A DNA stretch of 64,000 nucleotides. It comes from the human T2T-CHM13v2.0 reference genome, Homo sapiens. A model generated the notes under the pieces. That model searched no databases and was not told where the DNA came from. It saw only the letters and a program-made list of their open reading frames with translations. The stretch lies in assembly GCF_009914755.1 (NCBI RefSeq), contig NC_060930.1, one strand, 5' to 3'. Shown piece by piece: positions 49,330-62,696 of the stretch. The position numbers and the translations under genes are program-made. Position 1 is the stretch's first letter. Each line of letters begins with the position of its first letter.

Positions 49330-49470
49330 AATATAATTACTAACATATATATAGTGCTTAATATGTTAGACACATTATTCTAAGTGCTGTACAAATTTCA
49401 AGACAATCCTATGAGGTAGATATTATTTTTATCTTCATTTTACAGATAAGGAAAATGAGGGACAGATATC
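49330..49470 (-). mobile_element. MIR fragment
   Basis: acaatcctatgaggtagatattatt...cattttacagataaggaaaatgagg. Confidence 0.75.
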
Positions 49471-51924
49471 CAAAGTTTATTGTGGGAATTAAGAAACTAT
49501 GAAGGAATTCTATATTTGTAAAATTATTAGAATGTAATATAGTTCTTTAAGAGAAATTTTGTAGTTTGGAGGTTTAAGTTTTGTTGTATTTTCACATAAT
49601 GGAGAGTAATATATGTCTAACAAATAATCATAAATCAGGAAGACTATGTAACATACTTCTTTTAACAAGGTTAAATACATAATTAATGGCACAAATCACA
49701 GACATGCAAGTGGATTTGGGATCATATCCATTACATCAGGCTACTTTTCTAAGGCTTATAAAGAGACTTACTTTCAATTATGATGACATAGATGTAAAGT
49801 GGTAGTCTCTTATATTTTACTATTATCTGCATTTCACCACAGCTCCTGAATCTTTGACTTCTGAAGCTATGTGGAGGTTTTTTTTGTTTTTGTTTTTGTC
49901 AGTTATTGTTGGTTGTGGTGGTAATGTCTGCTGCATTTCAAAAACCGCTCAAGACTGTAAGGAAAGAAGGAAAGCCCCTATAGCCATTGATGTTCAGAAA
50001 TAAAATTCAGTCTACTTCAAAACTAAGACTTTTCATGCAAAGACTCACAAGAGCTTCACACAAGTTGTGTTAATACTAGTGAGCCTTCCAAATATATGTC
50101 TGGAACATGCATTTGGACCACAGCAGTTAAGGAGCTCACTCAAAATATGCAAAATCCAACTTCTGGCTCCTTGAACAATACTTATATTGTTGCCATCAAC
50201 CAGGTGATAATTCTCAGCTCAGAACTCTTCATAAGTTATCTTGCACTTTTAATGATTTATTCACACTGTGAATAATTTATTAGCTCAGTTTAGCTCATCA
50301 GGCGATAAGAAAAATAGTCTGTCTCAAACTCAGTTTAAGCAAAGGTCAAGGAAATCTTAGAAATTTAGCTTTACTGAATCAAAGCAGCTGTACAAGCTTT
50401 TCCAATCAAGATGACAAAAGAGTTATCTACAGGCCAGGGCCCCTCCGGACACGTTCTATTCTTATCTCCTGCGCCATTCACCACTGGGAGAAGCACAAGA
50501 CCCAGTGTAACTTCCCTGGTGGAATGTTGTTTTCAATTAAAGATAAACAAAAACCTATTCCTTCCAGCTGGGGATACTTGACTCTCCCTATTTTTCCATG
50601 TGAGAAATGAGGCAGAAAGATCCTGTAGCTCTTCTAAAATGTCATGAGTGTTTTACTGGGATTGGCAGGTCTCCCTTCTGAAATGAGGACCGCCAGAGCT
50701 ATGATGATTTGCTCCTTGCCTCTTTCCTGGCATCCGCCTACCTCACCGGCAGTCACGCGAAGATATATTGATCTTTCTACGGCTTGCTGGGCAGTGCACT
50801 GCAGTGGTCTTACAAAGATAAAAGGGATGATCAACTTGCCAAAATAGAATCTTCTGCCAACCTTAGAAGAGTCATGAGGAAAGGAAGAAAGAATAACAAC
50901 TTGTGAACTAATGGGAACCCCTTTAATATTTTTAAAGGCCTAGCAAACTCTTTTTTGGCACAGACAGATGGTTTTGCTTTGGGGACAGATCCATAAGGAG
51001 TAGACAATTTGGGTGTCTTGGCTTCTTGGGAAACCTAGGGTTAGAAAGTCCTTGAAGTTGAGTGTCACAAATTGGCCAGTCTGAGCTCATCTATAATATA
51101 GCTTTAACTGGATTTTCAATAATTTTTGCTGCATTTGGGCATTTTCTTTGTGAGGGAGACCCTGAGTAAAAACAGACAAAATCCACTTTAGATCAAATGT
51201 AGTCCTCAATCTTCACATTGCCCCTTCAGTCTACTCCCAAAACAGATGCCAGAACTTGGATTATTATCAGAACATTTCTTTTAGCTATTTGAGAAGTGTG
51301 GAGAAGAGGGGCAAACAATCCGAAGACCAGCCTAGGTAAAAACATGCAACAAGGGAGGGGAGAACAAGGCCTGGGAGAGGGTTGCAATATAAAAGCCCAC
51401 ATTGCCAGCTGAACACATTGAGACATATTTTCTGCCTGAAACAATAACAATCATAAATGAACTATTGTTAACACAAAAAATACCAAATACTGGTAAGAGC
51501 TGTCATTTTGGTTTTCTTTAGACATGATAAATTACATTTGCAAATTAGTGTCTGATCTGAGATGACATGGAACAAATGGTAATATTTACATTCTGCACAT
51601 TATCCTTGTCAGATTAAGCTGCAGTTGGCCAGTGTGGATATAAAGAGGCCTCGAGAGGCTTGCCTGCTAAACCAGCACGTAAATTGTCTCTAAACCATCC
51701 ACACGCTTACATTTATTATCTCCTCAAACCAGCAACAGCCGTCCCATTTACATGTCAATTTTGCCCAGTTAGGATAACTTGACTGAAGGAAAGAACTAGT
51801 GAAGAAGAACGCCTCCAGGAAAGTATTCCAAAGTAGGAAGGACCACAAAACACACTTTGTAAGATGTTGTCAAAGGCTTTCTATTTATTTAACACTTTAA
51901 GAAGGAGAGGCAGAGGAGGAAAGT

Positions 51925-52140
51925 ATCATTTAAGTGCTTGTGACATGGAATGCATCATGGTGGGTCATATGTTATCCCATTTTATCCCCACAAATTTCCC
52001 TCTAATATAGGCATTATTATACCCACTTTACAGATATGGACATTGAAGATCAAAATGTTAACTAATTTGCTAGTACAGTTAGTGGGGACAGAGTTAATGT
52101 TTGAATTAGGGAAACTGACTCCAAAATCTTTGTACTGTAT
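51925..52140 (-). mobile_element. MIR
   Basis: attattatacccactttacagatatggacattgaag...agttagtggggacagag. Confidence 0.55.
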
Positions 52141-53842
52141 CCCTCTGGAAGAGTAGCCTTAACTAGAAATGTTGGAATAGGATGGCAGGCCATGGGGTTT
52201 TCTGGAGACTATAGCCTAACAGAACACTGGGCTTCTATTGCCCCATCACTATATTGTGCAGAAATGCATTGCAGGAGGAAGGGTGTGGGGTATCACTGCT
52301 AAGCTTTGTCACCGGATGCAGAGCTGACAAAAAGCTCTTTCCATTTTCATCGTAAAAGCTGCAGTGGAGGTTCAGGGAATCTCTGTGAAGCTGATTTGGT
52401 TTGACTTCATATTACTCTTGTGTTTAAGCCTCACAAACATGATATGCAAGATGGCCTGAGAAAAAAGAGGTTGACTTTTTTGCTCCCAAGATTTGTGGGA
52501 GGAAAGAAGGAAGATAACAGAAAGAACCAGTGCCATACTGTGTGCTTGTTTCAGAAAAATAAAACTTTATGATTTGATTGGTCACTTTCATAAACCCAAT
52601 TCCAGAATTATTCACAAAGTGAATGTGTGGATCTTACTATTATCTGATATAAACCAAACAACAATTGGAAAAAGATATTTTGAGACATTTCAGGAAAAGT
52701 GCTGTGGACCAGGCACAAGATGACATCAACGAATTATTGTTGATAAAGGTAATATTGACACTGTTAAGTAGGTAGGAAAATCCCCATTTTTCTAGAGAAA
52801 TGGTCAGCATATTTAAAGATCAAATGACATTGGAGGTAGGATTTCTTTTCAAATACTTCAGGAAAACAAACAAACAATAGAAGTAAAATGGAAAATCTTG
52901 ATAATTTTTAAATTTTGGTAATGAGTCTAAGAAGGTTTATTATGTAATTCTCATTGTATGTGTGTTTATAATGATTCATAATTTTTTAAAAATGCAGTGT
53001 CTTAAAATATAAAACTGATTCATTCAAAAACACACATTTAAAAAGCGATATGTTTTAAAATGTATTTGAATCTTGGGCTTCACCAAGTTTACTAGACCAG
53101 AGTAATTAGTGGACAGCCCTGGGAAAGCCTGCAGCAAAATTCTGCAGTCTGTCAATATCTGGGCGTTGTTTCTTAACAAGAATCCTTATAGAAGTAGCTG
53201 TTACGACATGAGGAAGGAAGTGCTAAAATTGCCAGTGTTAATAAGACATGTTTAACTCACTGCTCAGGGAAAGAGGTCTGTAAACTACAGAAGAGAGTGG
53301 TGTTACTATAAATCACACCTTAGGATCCATCCTTGCTATGGGAAGCTAGTGCTGCACAGTATGCCTTCTGTTGGTCTAATTCTCAATCAAAGCCAGGATG
53401 TGAGTTTACTTTGCTTGCAGAGGGATTTTCACATGTTCCATAGGGGTCATGAAAGGTACCTGGGGAAGAGGGGATATGAGCTGAGAAATGGATTCTCTAG
53501 ACAAAGGTTATACTTGCTATGCTGCCAATAGCATCCACATTACTGAGGGAGTAGCTCACACTTAGGCTACACTGAACCTGGCATCCAGAGCCTGCTCTCC
53601 AAGGACAGGGCAAGGTAGAATGGCAGAGAGGAAGTGCTGAGCAGCAGCCTTGGTCCCCAACACATTATGTTTTCAAAATGCTTCATTTAAAAAAATAAAT
53701 AAAAGCATCTGTTTAGTTGAAATTTATAGAATACCAGTTCGCTTCAATGCTGAGAAAAATCTAGTAATATTGTCCTCAGAAAGATCTGGACGAAGTGAGC
53801 AGGCAGAAGGGACCACACTGTGACAGAGACTTACGACTATAC

Positions 53843-54032
53843 AAAGTGCTTCTCAAAGTGTGGTCGGAAGGCACTGCCTGAATCAGAATTATACGGGATG
53901 CTTCTTAAAAATGCAGCTTCCCTGATATTTCCCCAGACCTATTGTATCACAGTCTTAGGCATGGGACCCAGGAACCTGAATTTTAAACAAGCTTCCCAGA
54001 TTCTCCCAAGAAATAAAGCTGCAGAACTGCTG
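53843..54032. mobile_element. MER5-type (hAT-Charlie) MITE
   Basis: agtgcttctcaaagtgtggtc...ttaaaaatgcag...gggacccaggaacctgaattttaaacaagc...agaactgctg. Confidence 0.7.
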
Positions 54033-54199
54033 TTTATCCTTTTTGCCTTCACTTGCATCTTTGCCACTCAACATGCATCCATTTCTCCCTCCCTCTCTGG
54101 GAGTTCTTTTTGACGATGGTTCCTTGGGTTTCATCTTTGTAGTTTGGTAGTGCCTGCTCACTATATTTTCCCATAAGTTGAACTCACAGATTGCTACTT

Positions 54200-54405
54200 G
54201 ATTAAATCTTTCCTATGTTAGTTATGAACACCTGAGTCCTGCTCCTTCTCTGAGCTCCTGCAGCACCTGCTTTCCCCAGCACAACTTAGTATATTATATT
54301 GTAATTGTTCACTTACTTCTTAATCATTGAATTCCTCACTGGAGGGACTGCTTGGTATAGGGCAGGCATTCAATGTTTGTTTACCAAATGAGGAAATGAA
54401 TGATT
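54200..54405 (+). mobile_element. L2 3' fragment
   Basis: Ends gcaggcattcaatgtttgttt...aaatgaatga. Confidence 0.5.
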
Positions 54406-55859
54406 GTTTCTGACTCATACTTCTTAGCACTTAATGCCAGTTCTCTTATTCCAGGCATTTTACAACAGACATTTTTGCAAAATTTCTCTTCTCCTTCATC
54501 TTCAACAAAAGTATTGAAACATTCTTTACACATTAGGGACAAGATCAGAAGCTGCCACTTTCTATGCTAGAAACATATGAGGAACTAGGCACATGCCTGG
54601 ATTTCTCAGAATTTTGGTAAGGTTCTGAGTTAGTTTCCTAAAGAGGTTTGCTACTTTCCTCCATGCCATTAGGAAACAATCAACACTGTTATCTTTGAAA
54701 AGTAATGTATAGACTTGGAAATCGCAAGGAAGAACTGCAAACATAAGGTGGTTTTAACTAAATTTAGAAATAGGTGAGCTGAAAAATTTTTTAAAATTAG
54801 TTTTTGTTATTTATGCTCCATATGTTTACAAAAAAAAGATTGGGGTGGTTTTTGATAATAGACACATATTCAAATGGATCTTTTGAGAAACTTAAAAGAT
54901 CAGAAGTCCACTTATTCTTCGCCAATGATATAGATCAGCAGAATCAGGTCTGTGGTTTGCTTAGAGGAAGCTTGGCACAGAGCTTGATGGGTTATCTGGC
55001 AAACCTTTGCTTTTGCAATTTGGGAACGATAAAGCACAGTCATTTTAAAATATAAAGTAGACTAACTTTCAGTCTAACCTATATGAGTTGTATATGACCA
55101 GCTAATTAAGATGGAATGAATTCAATAATATTTTATTAATATGAGTGAGCTTAGGAAGTTGTTTGCTTCCTTTTCTAGTCTCTCTTGTCTTCCCAATTGT
55201 ATTGTCATTCTGGCCAAGACACATTGCTCATGCATGGAACAGTCGTGACTCATTTCAAACCTCTAATGGCCTTCTGGTATCCATTACAACAAAAAGCTTA
55301 ATAGAAAGCAACTAAAGAAATTAGAGAAGGCTTTTATATACGTCCACTATCCTTATCTTGTATCTTGCCATTCCAGTCTTTTGTACCTACCATTAGACTC
55401 AACTAATAAGTTTAGCATTCACTTTGAATCCAGTCTAAAGAATCTAAATCAAAAGACATTAATTATTTCATTGATCTCTGGCTAGTGATAAATGAAAAGT
55501 TCATCATATGCTTGTAGGAAAAAAATCTTCCCAGTCCAATTTTCCTGTGGTTGGAATCTTATTAGAATTACCGCCAACATTTATATTCAAATCCTAAAAT
55601 GTTTATAATAGCTATCTGTATAAAATAAAATTGAGAAATATGCTCTGTGGAACTAGAACACCAAGGAATGTGCATACACCTTTGCAAGAGGAACATATAC
55701 GTTGAGACCTACCAGATGGCTCTTATCAAGAGGCCAAGTTAAGGAAGACTGAGTTTTTGCTACATATGAAAATTAAATACAAAATCATTCTTCTGAATAA
55801 AGATCAATCATCTGAGCTCTTCCCCCATCAAAGTTACATTGTTGACATATAGAGTTTGA

Positions 55860-56340
55860 ATTGGGTCAGATTATCCTGGTGTTGTTTACTATTAAGCAAC
55901 AATTAACAAATTTGGCTAATATATGAAATAAAATTTATTGAAGAGACAGTGGGCAGTTGAGAAAAAAGTTTGAAAGGCCAGAGGATAAGGCTCAGAAACA
56001 GGATAGGAACTAGAACAAGCACAGGATGGCACTGGCATTTAGTCAAAAGGAAGTGCTCAACTATCTGACATAGATAAATTTTCTTTACTAACAGTAAAAA
56101 GTGAATGCCTTTTAGCCATTTTACCCCTCACTCACCTCCTCCATCATCTTTGCAATTTGGCTAATGATTGATCAGTTAGGGAGAAAAAAATCTGATTGGT
56201 CTAGTTTGGACTATATGACTCCCTCTTGGTTAGAGGAAGTCAGGGTATCTTGCTTTACTTCCCCACCAAGACACAAAATGGAATTGGCGTACTATTGGAG
56301 GAGCAGTAAATGTTAAGGGACAAAAATACCAACTAATTTT
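55860..56340 (-). mobile_element. Ancient MLT1-type LTR remnant
   Basis: Degenerate motifs (aatttattgaag...aaggccagagg; tctgattggtctag). Weak evidence. Confidence 0.35.
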
Positions 56341-58342
56341 ATTAAAGTGCTTGGTGCATTCTTGATTTGGACTTCATCATTGAAATTGTTCAGAAATTTT
56401 TGTAAATGTTTACATGGATGCAGTTTTCTTCAGTTCCTTAAGGAGGCCCAAGTCATAAAATGGCTAGATCTACTAGAAAGCATTGATTTTGAGAATGTTT
56501 TTTCTACAAAATCGAAGTATCTTCACAATTAAGTAATCTCAGCACTGGAAATCTTTGCACTTAGTTTTTTTAAAATGGCATTTAAAATTGGTCCAACAGT
56601 TAGAGAAAAAGGAAGCTTCATTTTGTTGGAATTAATGTTTGGATTTATGTTTGTTAAGATGCTATGAATTAACTCCTCAGAGTTTCAAAGATAAAGTTTA
56701 TCTAGGAGGTGGATCAGAGCTCCCAACCATCCTTCATCTCTTTGTACCAGCTTGCCTAGCAAAACCCAACCCTGGGTGAATACGATCTCCTCCCTTCTCT
56801 GTGCACCTGCAGACAGACATAGAATAGTTCTTAAAGAAGCAGACCAGTTCAAGACTACCGACCTCCTGCGCCATCCTGGCATCACCATTCTTGGTCAGTT
56901 CACCCTCTGTTCTCTATAATGACTATATAAAAACTTCTCTGCTTTCTTCAGACTTCCAGTACTCCCTTCTCATTCTCAACCATCAGATAAAAATTCCCTC
57001 ATATGCAATTTATTGATATGTACTTGATTTTGTGAGCAGGATATAACCCTACAATTATTCATGCACAGAATCAGTGGGTCAGCACACAACGCAATTCTCT
57101 TCTATAATTCCCAATTGAGGACAGATATTGAGAGTGAGGGCATTCTGTTTCCAAATGGCCCATAATATATTTTAGATAAAAGCAAATGTTTCTACAGTAA
57201 AGAAGTGTAATGATCAATCACGATACAAATCTCTAAAGAATATCCAATTCCATTTATTCATATTTGAAGCTCATTAAAAACCTTTAGATTTATAATTTGA
57301 TATTGGGTTTATGAGTCAATTCTTCTATGTCTTGAGACAAACAATTCATGACAGCCTGATCCCTACTGTAGAAATGATAAAACCAAGACCTTTAAATTGC
57401 AGAGCTGTGGACTAGATCCTAGATCTGAGATGGTCACCAAGTTATATGACACCCTGTGAGTCTTGGCATAATACAGTCAACTGGTCAACTGATCTTACCT
57501 GCTTTTGTTGCAGACGTTAAGCAGTTTTTCTGATTATCACTTTTAGGAATGGTCTGACTCAGAACATCAACTCTGACTTTCTAAACGGCAATACATTAAC
57601 CTCCATTCTGGTTAGTACTGATTACTGCCTGTAAGGAGAGCCCAAATGTTATTTATTTTATTTCCTTTGCTGTTTCCAGTGAAGGTGATGGGTGTCTCCC
57701 CTTCTGAGTGTCATTCTAAAGTCAGAAAGAGTAGGTTGGAGTTAGTGAAAGTTTCAGATTCATGCACATTATAGCCTTGCTGACTTGCCTTTCAGGGTCA
57801 TCTCAAAGTAAAATTTTATTTCTCAGTCAATGCCTGATTTAAGCTTAGAGTCATGTCTCCAAAGCAGCTCTCCCAGAGACCCCTAGAGTACTGGTGCTGT
57901 ACTTCAGGTAAGCACATCTCAGGAAGTATTATAATGAATGACTTACCTCTTGGGTAAGGATGGGTACTATACTTAGCTTTCAAATGCAGCACAATTGTAG
58001 ATCAACACATGTTTGTTAAATAAATGAATGGAGTGTGATCTGACTCAGCACAGGAGACAAAGGAGTGATCAAAATGAGTTTTTGAAGTCTCTTATAATTT
58101 TATTTTAGGATAGAATTATGAATCTAAGGAACATAACTCTGGCTCTGTGTTGCAGGTAAATCAAGCGACACTTTTTAAAACAAAAATACCATTAACACAT
58201 GTCTACTAAAATCAGTTATTCTTTCACTATGACTGACATTTAGTGAGAACAGCAAGTTTACATGTTTGTACATGTGTTTAGCTTTGACCTCTTCACCAAA
58301 ACATATAAATGAGTCACTGCGTCTTCACAAGACATTCTTAAT

Positions 58343-59392
58343 CTATGGTAGACGTTTTGTACGGGGTCAATTTAGCTAAGCTGTAACTAGATGTCCCCAA
58401 ATTCCTATGCTATATGGGTCCTCATTAAGGCAGGGCCACAAGAGACTTTTGCAGCAGATTTGGAAGATGAAAGTGCAACAGGTGTTACACCCTGAAGGTT
58501 AGGGGAGAGCCACATGCTGTTGTAACTTGCCTCTGTTGTCACCCGTGTGCTTGTTCACCTTGTCATGTTGGGGCAGCAGCCAGGCCCACGGTTCCCCCTG
58601 CTGAATATCCTCCTACAATTTATCCAAGTTACGGGCCCACCGCATGTACAGCTGCACGGTGAAGAGCACTGGCTTCTTCTGCAAGCCTCCTAGGCATGGA
58701 GGTTGAAGGTTGGCAGTGTCTGAATGTTTGTTTCCCCACAAAATTCATATGTTGGAATTCTAACCCATAAAGAATTCTCACCCCTAATACCCCAAGGAGA
58801 TGATATTAGGAATGGGGCCTTAAGGAAGGAAATAGATCATGAGGGTGGAACGCTTGTGAATGGTATTACTGCCCTTAGGAAAGAGACCCCAGAGAGCTGC
58901 CTTTTTTTCTTCTACCATGTGCATACACAAAGAGAAGTTGCCACCTATGAACCAGGAATGGGCCCCTCACCAGACACCCAATTGTTGGGACCTTGAACTG
59001 GACTTCCCAGCCTTCTGGTCTGTAGGAATATATTGCTGTTTATAAACTACTCAGTCTGTGGTATTTTGTTATAGCAGCCCAAGCAGACTAAGACAGCAGT
59101 GGTGAGAGATGGGTACAGATTCCAATTTGCCTGAAAAATATCTAGTTTGTCTTCACTGGTTCCAGAATTTCCTTGCTCTCCTCCACTTCACGTCTGGATT
59201 TTTGTCCCAACAGATGGCCCTGCTGGCCTGCAGTGATGTTAGGCCCACACCAGATGCCAAGGCAATTGTTTTCCATGCTATTCTTCACCATCTCCCATGA
59301 TTGCATGAGCTCTATTCTCTATAATGAATTTCTAATTCTCTGTCACTCAGAGTTGTCCTATTTCCCTTATCAAACTCTAACTGATATGCCTG
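58343..59392 (+). mobile_element. ERVL LTR (LTR41-like) with nested MLT1A
   Basis: gtcaatttagctaagctgtaactag...ggccacaagag...gatttggaag; 3' end aaactctaactgata. Confidence 0.6.
58718..59095 (+). mobile_element. MLT1A/MLT1A0 solo LTR
   Basis: ctgaatgtttg...aaaattcatatgttg...gcagactaagaca; 5-bp TSD gcagt at 58713-58717 and 59096-59100. Confidence 0.85.
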
Positions 59393-59514
59393 CATGAGCA
59401 TTACCTTGTCCTACTGAAGTCACTCTATTTAATACATAAAGATTGAAACAGAATTAGGAGATAGACAGCCTGTGAAGAACACTCCACAGTTTATCAAGAT
59501 ATAATTAGTTGCTC

Positions 59515-59842
59515 ATTGTCAGCCTGTTTGATAGCTTACAAACAACAGAAATTTCTTTCTCTCAGTTCTGGAGTCTAAAAAGTACAAGATCAAGCTGCTA
59601 GCAGATTCAGTGTCTGGGGAGGGCCTGCTTCCTAGTTCACAGATGGTGTCTTCTCACTGTGTCCTCACATAGTGGAAAACAACAAGGCAGCTGCCTGGGG
59701 CCTTTGTTATAAGGACACTAATTCCATTAATGAGGGCTCCACCCTCATGACCTAATCACCTTCCAAAGGCCCTACCACCCACATTTCTGATTAGCTTTCA
59801 ACATATAAATAACGGAGGAATGCAAACATTCAGACTATAGCA
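59515..59842 (-). mobile_element. MLT1A/MLT1A0 LTR
   Basis: aacaacagaaattt...gagggctccaccctcatgacctaatcacc...aaacattcagactatagca. Confidence 0.85.
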
Positions 59843-62696
59843 TATATCTTTTGTAATCCTCCTTTTGATAAAAGTAATTGCTAATTAGGAGTCAATAGAA
59901 TCATTTAAATTTTATGCAGGACTTATAGGGCTGCAGCATTCATATAAAGTAGCCATTTTCAATATGTAATGAATAATTGATCCACTCATATGGAACCCCT
60001 CTTGACTCAGTCCAGATGGGATTTAGAGTAGACCAATGTAATACAGTATGTCATCGAGAATAAAAATGTAAAAGACAGTGCATCTGAAGAATTTTTAAGT
60101 CATTAAAAGCAGAGGAAATTAATTGCATAAGCCAGTTAAACTCAAATATTCTAATAACAGATTCCTGAAAACTAAGTCAGGTTATGTGGACTTTGTTCTA
60201 TTTTCCTATTCTAACACCACTCAAATGTGAAAACCAAAGGGTTATTCAGTAAATGAATCAATAATCACCTTTCTCTGCCATCATAGTCCACACAGGTAAT
60301 TTTCCTTAAAATTAAAGGCAGAATAAAACAAAGAATAAAACCATAAGTTTTGTGGGCACTTTTTAAACTCACACTTAAACTGCCTTCTCTCTGCTTGAGA
60401 GAAACATGGTCTCACATATTAAGAGCTCACCGATTCCTGCCTTGTCCAATTCCATTTTTCCTTCCAGCTTCCACTGTTGTTAGCCATCCTCCTCTAGTCT
60501 GTTTCCTTGAGAACTGGGACTGGTTCTCATAACTTTCTGTTACCAAAGTTCCTTGCAAATAGGGGATGTTTAAAAAACAATTCCTATGATGAGGAGGACG
60601 TCATGTCTACCTGGGCCACAGTTCTACTCTCCACCCATTATGAGGCAAGTATGGCATATTAAACAAAACATAAGATTTGAGATTTCTTCTAGAACTAGCA
60701 CTTCCATTTTCATGAACTTCTTTCTCAGGGCCTCTCTTTTTTCTTCCCCCTGAGATAATTCCAATTATTCTTTACAGTTCAGAGAACAGAGTCCTCCTGT
60801 GAAATCTACTACAGTACTTTTCAGCATGCAATGCAAAAGAGAGCTGACACTGGGATTTGTTTTGCCTGGGTAGGTGAACACCTGCCAAGGACTAAATGCC
60901 TACCATCAGCTGAAACATTCAGAGCAGTGTGGCACCATCATGAAGGCCCTTCCTGGACACCAAGCCTGAGGTCAAGTTCTTATCTGCTTCCTGCCTTCTT
61001 TCCCAGCCAATCAGCAAGTTTGGTTTTGCTTTCAGCTAGAGACAAATACCTGCAGCAGTTGGCTCCCAAGAAGCATGTGGCTGTGTCTACCAGACACTTG
61101 CTACAGTGATTTATTCACCCTTCTAGTACTTTAGGTAAGGTCGTCAGAAGACACCCTACTATTAGGTCTAAATTCTTGGGAAGAGTTGAAATAGTTTCAG
61201 AGATAAGAGGCCTTTTTTGGTAGATGAGACCAACCAAAACATAGACTTCTCCAGGCCAAAGAGCACCCAAGCAATCTTAGCCTAAGTAGCTGCCAAAGAG
61301 AAATCCTGAGAAAAATCAGTTCCAGAAAAAGAAGGATAGTGTCTAGGGTGTTTTTGGAATAGCCCCGGGTAATTTCACACCAGTATAAAGCCCTAAAATC
61401 TTATTATTAATTAAGCCAAACCCTTCCAGTTTGGAATTTGTTTATTTTCAAGCACAGTGATAACACAGGGGATATTATGGCAATAGGAGATTTTGCATGT
61501 GAGTGACAGCTGTCATCTCAGTTGTAAGAATATAAGACCATGAGGCCCAATGGACTTGCTAGTTCACCTCATCTTGGGTGGTGAAAATATTGGCAATTGT
61601 GCCCAAAAGAACTTTGAATACCAGAGCTTTATTAAAGAGATTAGTTAATTTTTCCCCTGTTACTGTTTTTTCCACACACAAAAAATACCTTAGTACATAA
61701 GTTACAAGGACCTCTGGCTGATAAGTGATTTATACTGAAAACACTGAACATAGTCAGAAGAAAGCAATTCCTGCTATTTCCCCCGCTTGAAATCTGGATC
61801 CATTCCAGACATTTTTCTCTGAATCAGTCCCAAGCAACCCCATCTGTGGTACTAGCAAACTGATGAGATCTTCTGCCTCATAAAAATCCTATAGCCTTAA
61901 CAAAACAAAGTAGACTTGCCTTATCTTATAGGTCTCTGAACAAAATACTTATATTTTTTCTAATTTAGTCAAAAACTTATGGTTTCTTTTTCACTTTCAT
62001 ACATTTTAAAAGTGGTACAGAGTGTATTTTCATATAACCTCTAGCATCACACCTCAACTACTGCTGCCAGAATTTACAAGGTCTAGCTGGACTTTCTGAA
62101 ATAGACTCGTGCCTTCTGATTAGATTCATGACTCGTTTGAGCCATGCTGGCAAATGCAATTAACAATCTATCCAGTAAAGCTTGCACACAGAATGCTTGC
62201 AGGTTATACTATTAGGATCTGTCCATGAGTGGAAATCCAAACCAATCCCAAATACTGACGCACATCTTTGAATAATCAGGAATCAATATATTTAACCTGA
62301 AACAAAAGGAAAAACTTTACTTGTTAAATCTCACACTCCTAGTTCATGTTAACAAAACTCTAAGGCTGGAAGGTTCAACAGGTCATTTTGCCCATATCTC
62401 TGTCTCTAACAAGTTCTTCATCTAAACAGTACCAGCTGGTTGGTGATCTCATCTAGATTTGAAAGGATACAGAAAAGAGAATTTTTCAACGTACCTTGGC
62501 AGTGTTCTTAAACTTTCTCTTTCATTCCCCACAAAATGTCTTTCTTTATGACCTTCCTATTCCCATTAAAACCTACTTCCTCCTTTTCTATTTTCATAGG
62601 ATCTGGAGAACACTATCAAATAGGAAATATGTTTTCTTTTCACTTTCTCCCTACGGCAGAGTCTCAGAGTCTCAATCATTGCCATGTATAATGGCC

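Noticed and set aside
57796-57907. Exon candidate with strong donor CAG|GTAAGC
   Set aside because: It overlaps L2-like degenerate sequence and has a stop in the frame continuing from the 81-bp candidate. It cannot be excluded as a non-coding exon but has no support.
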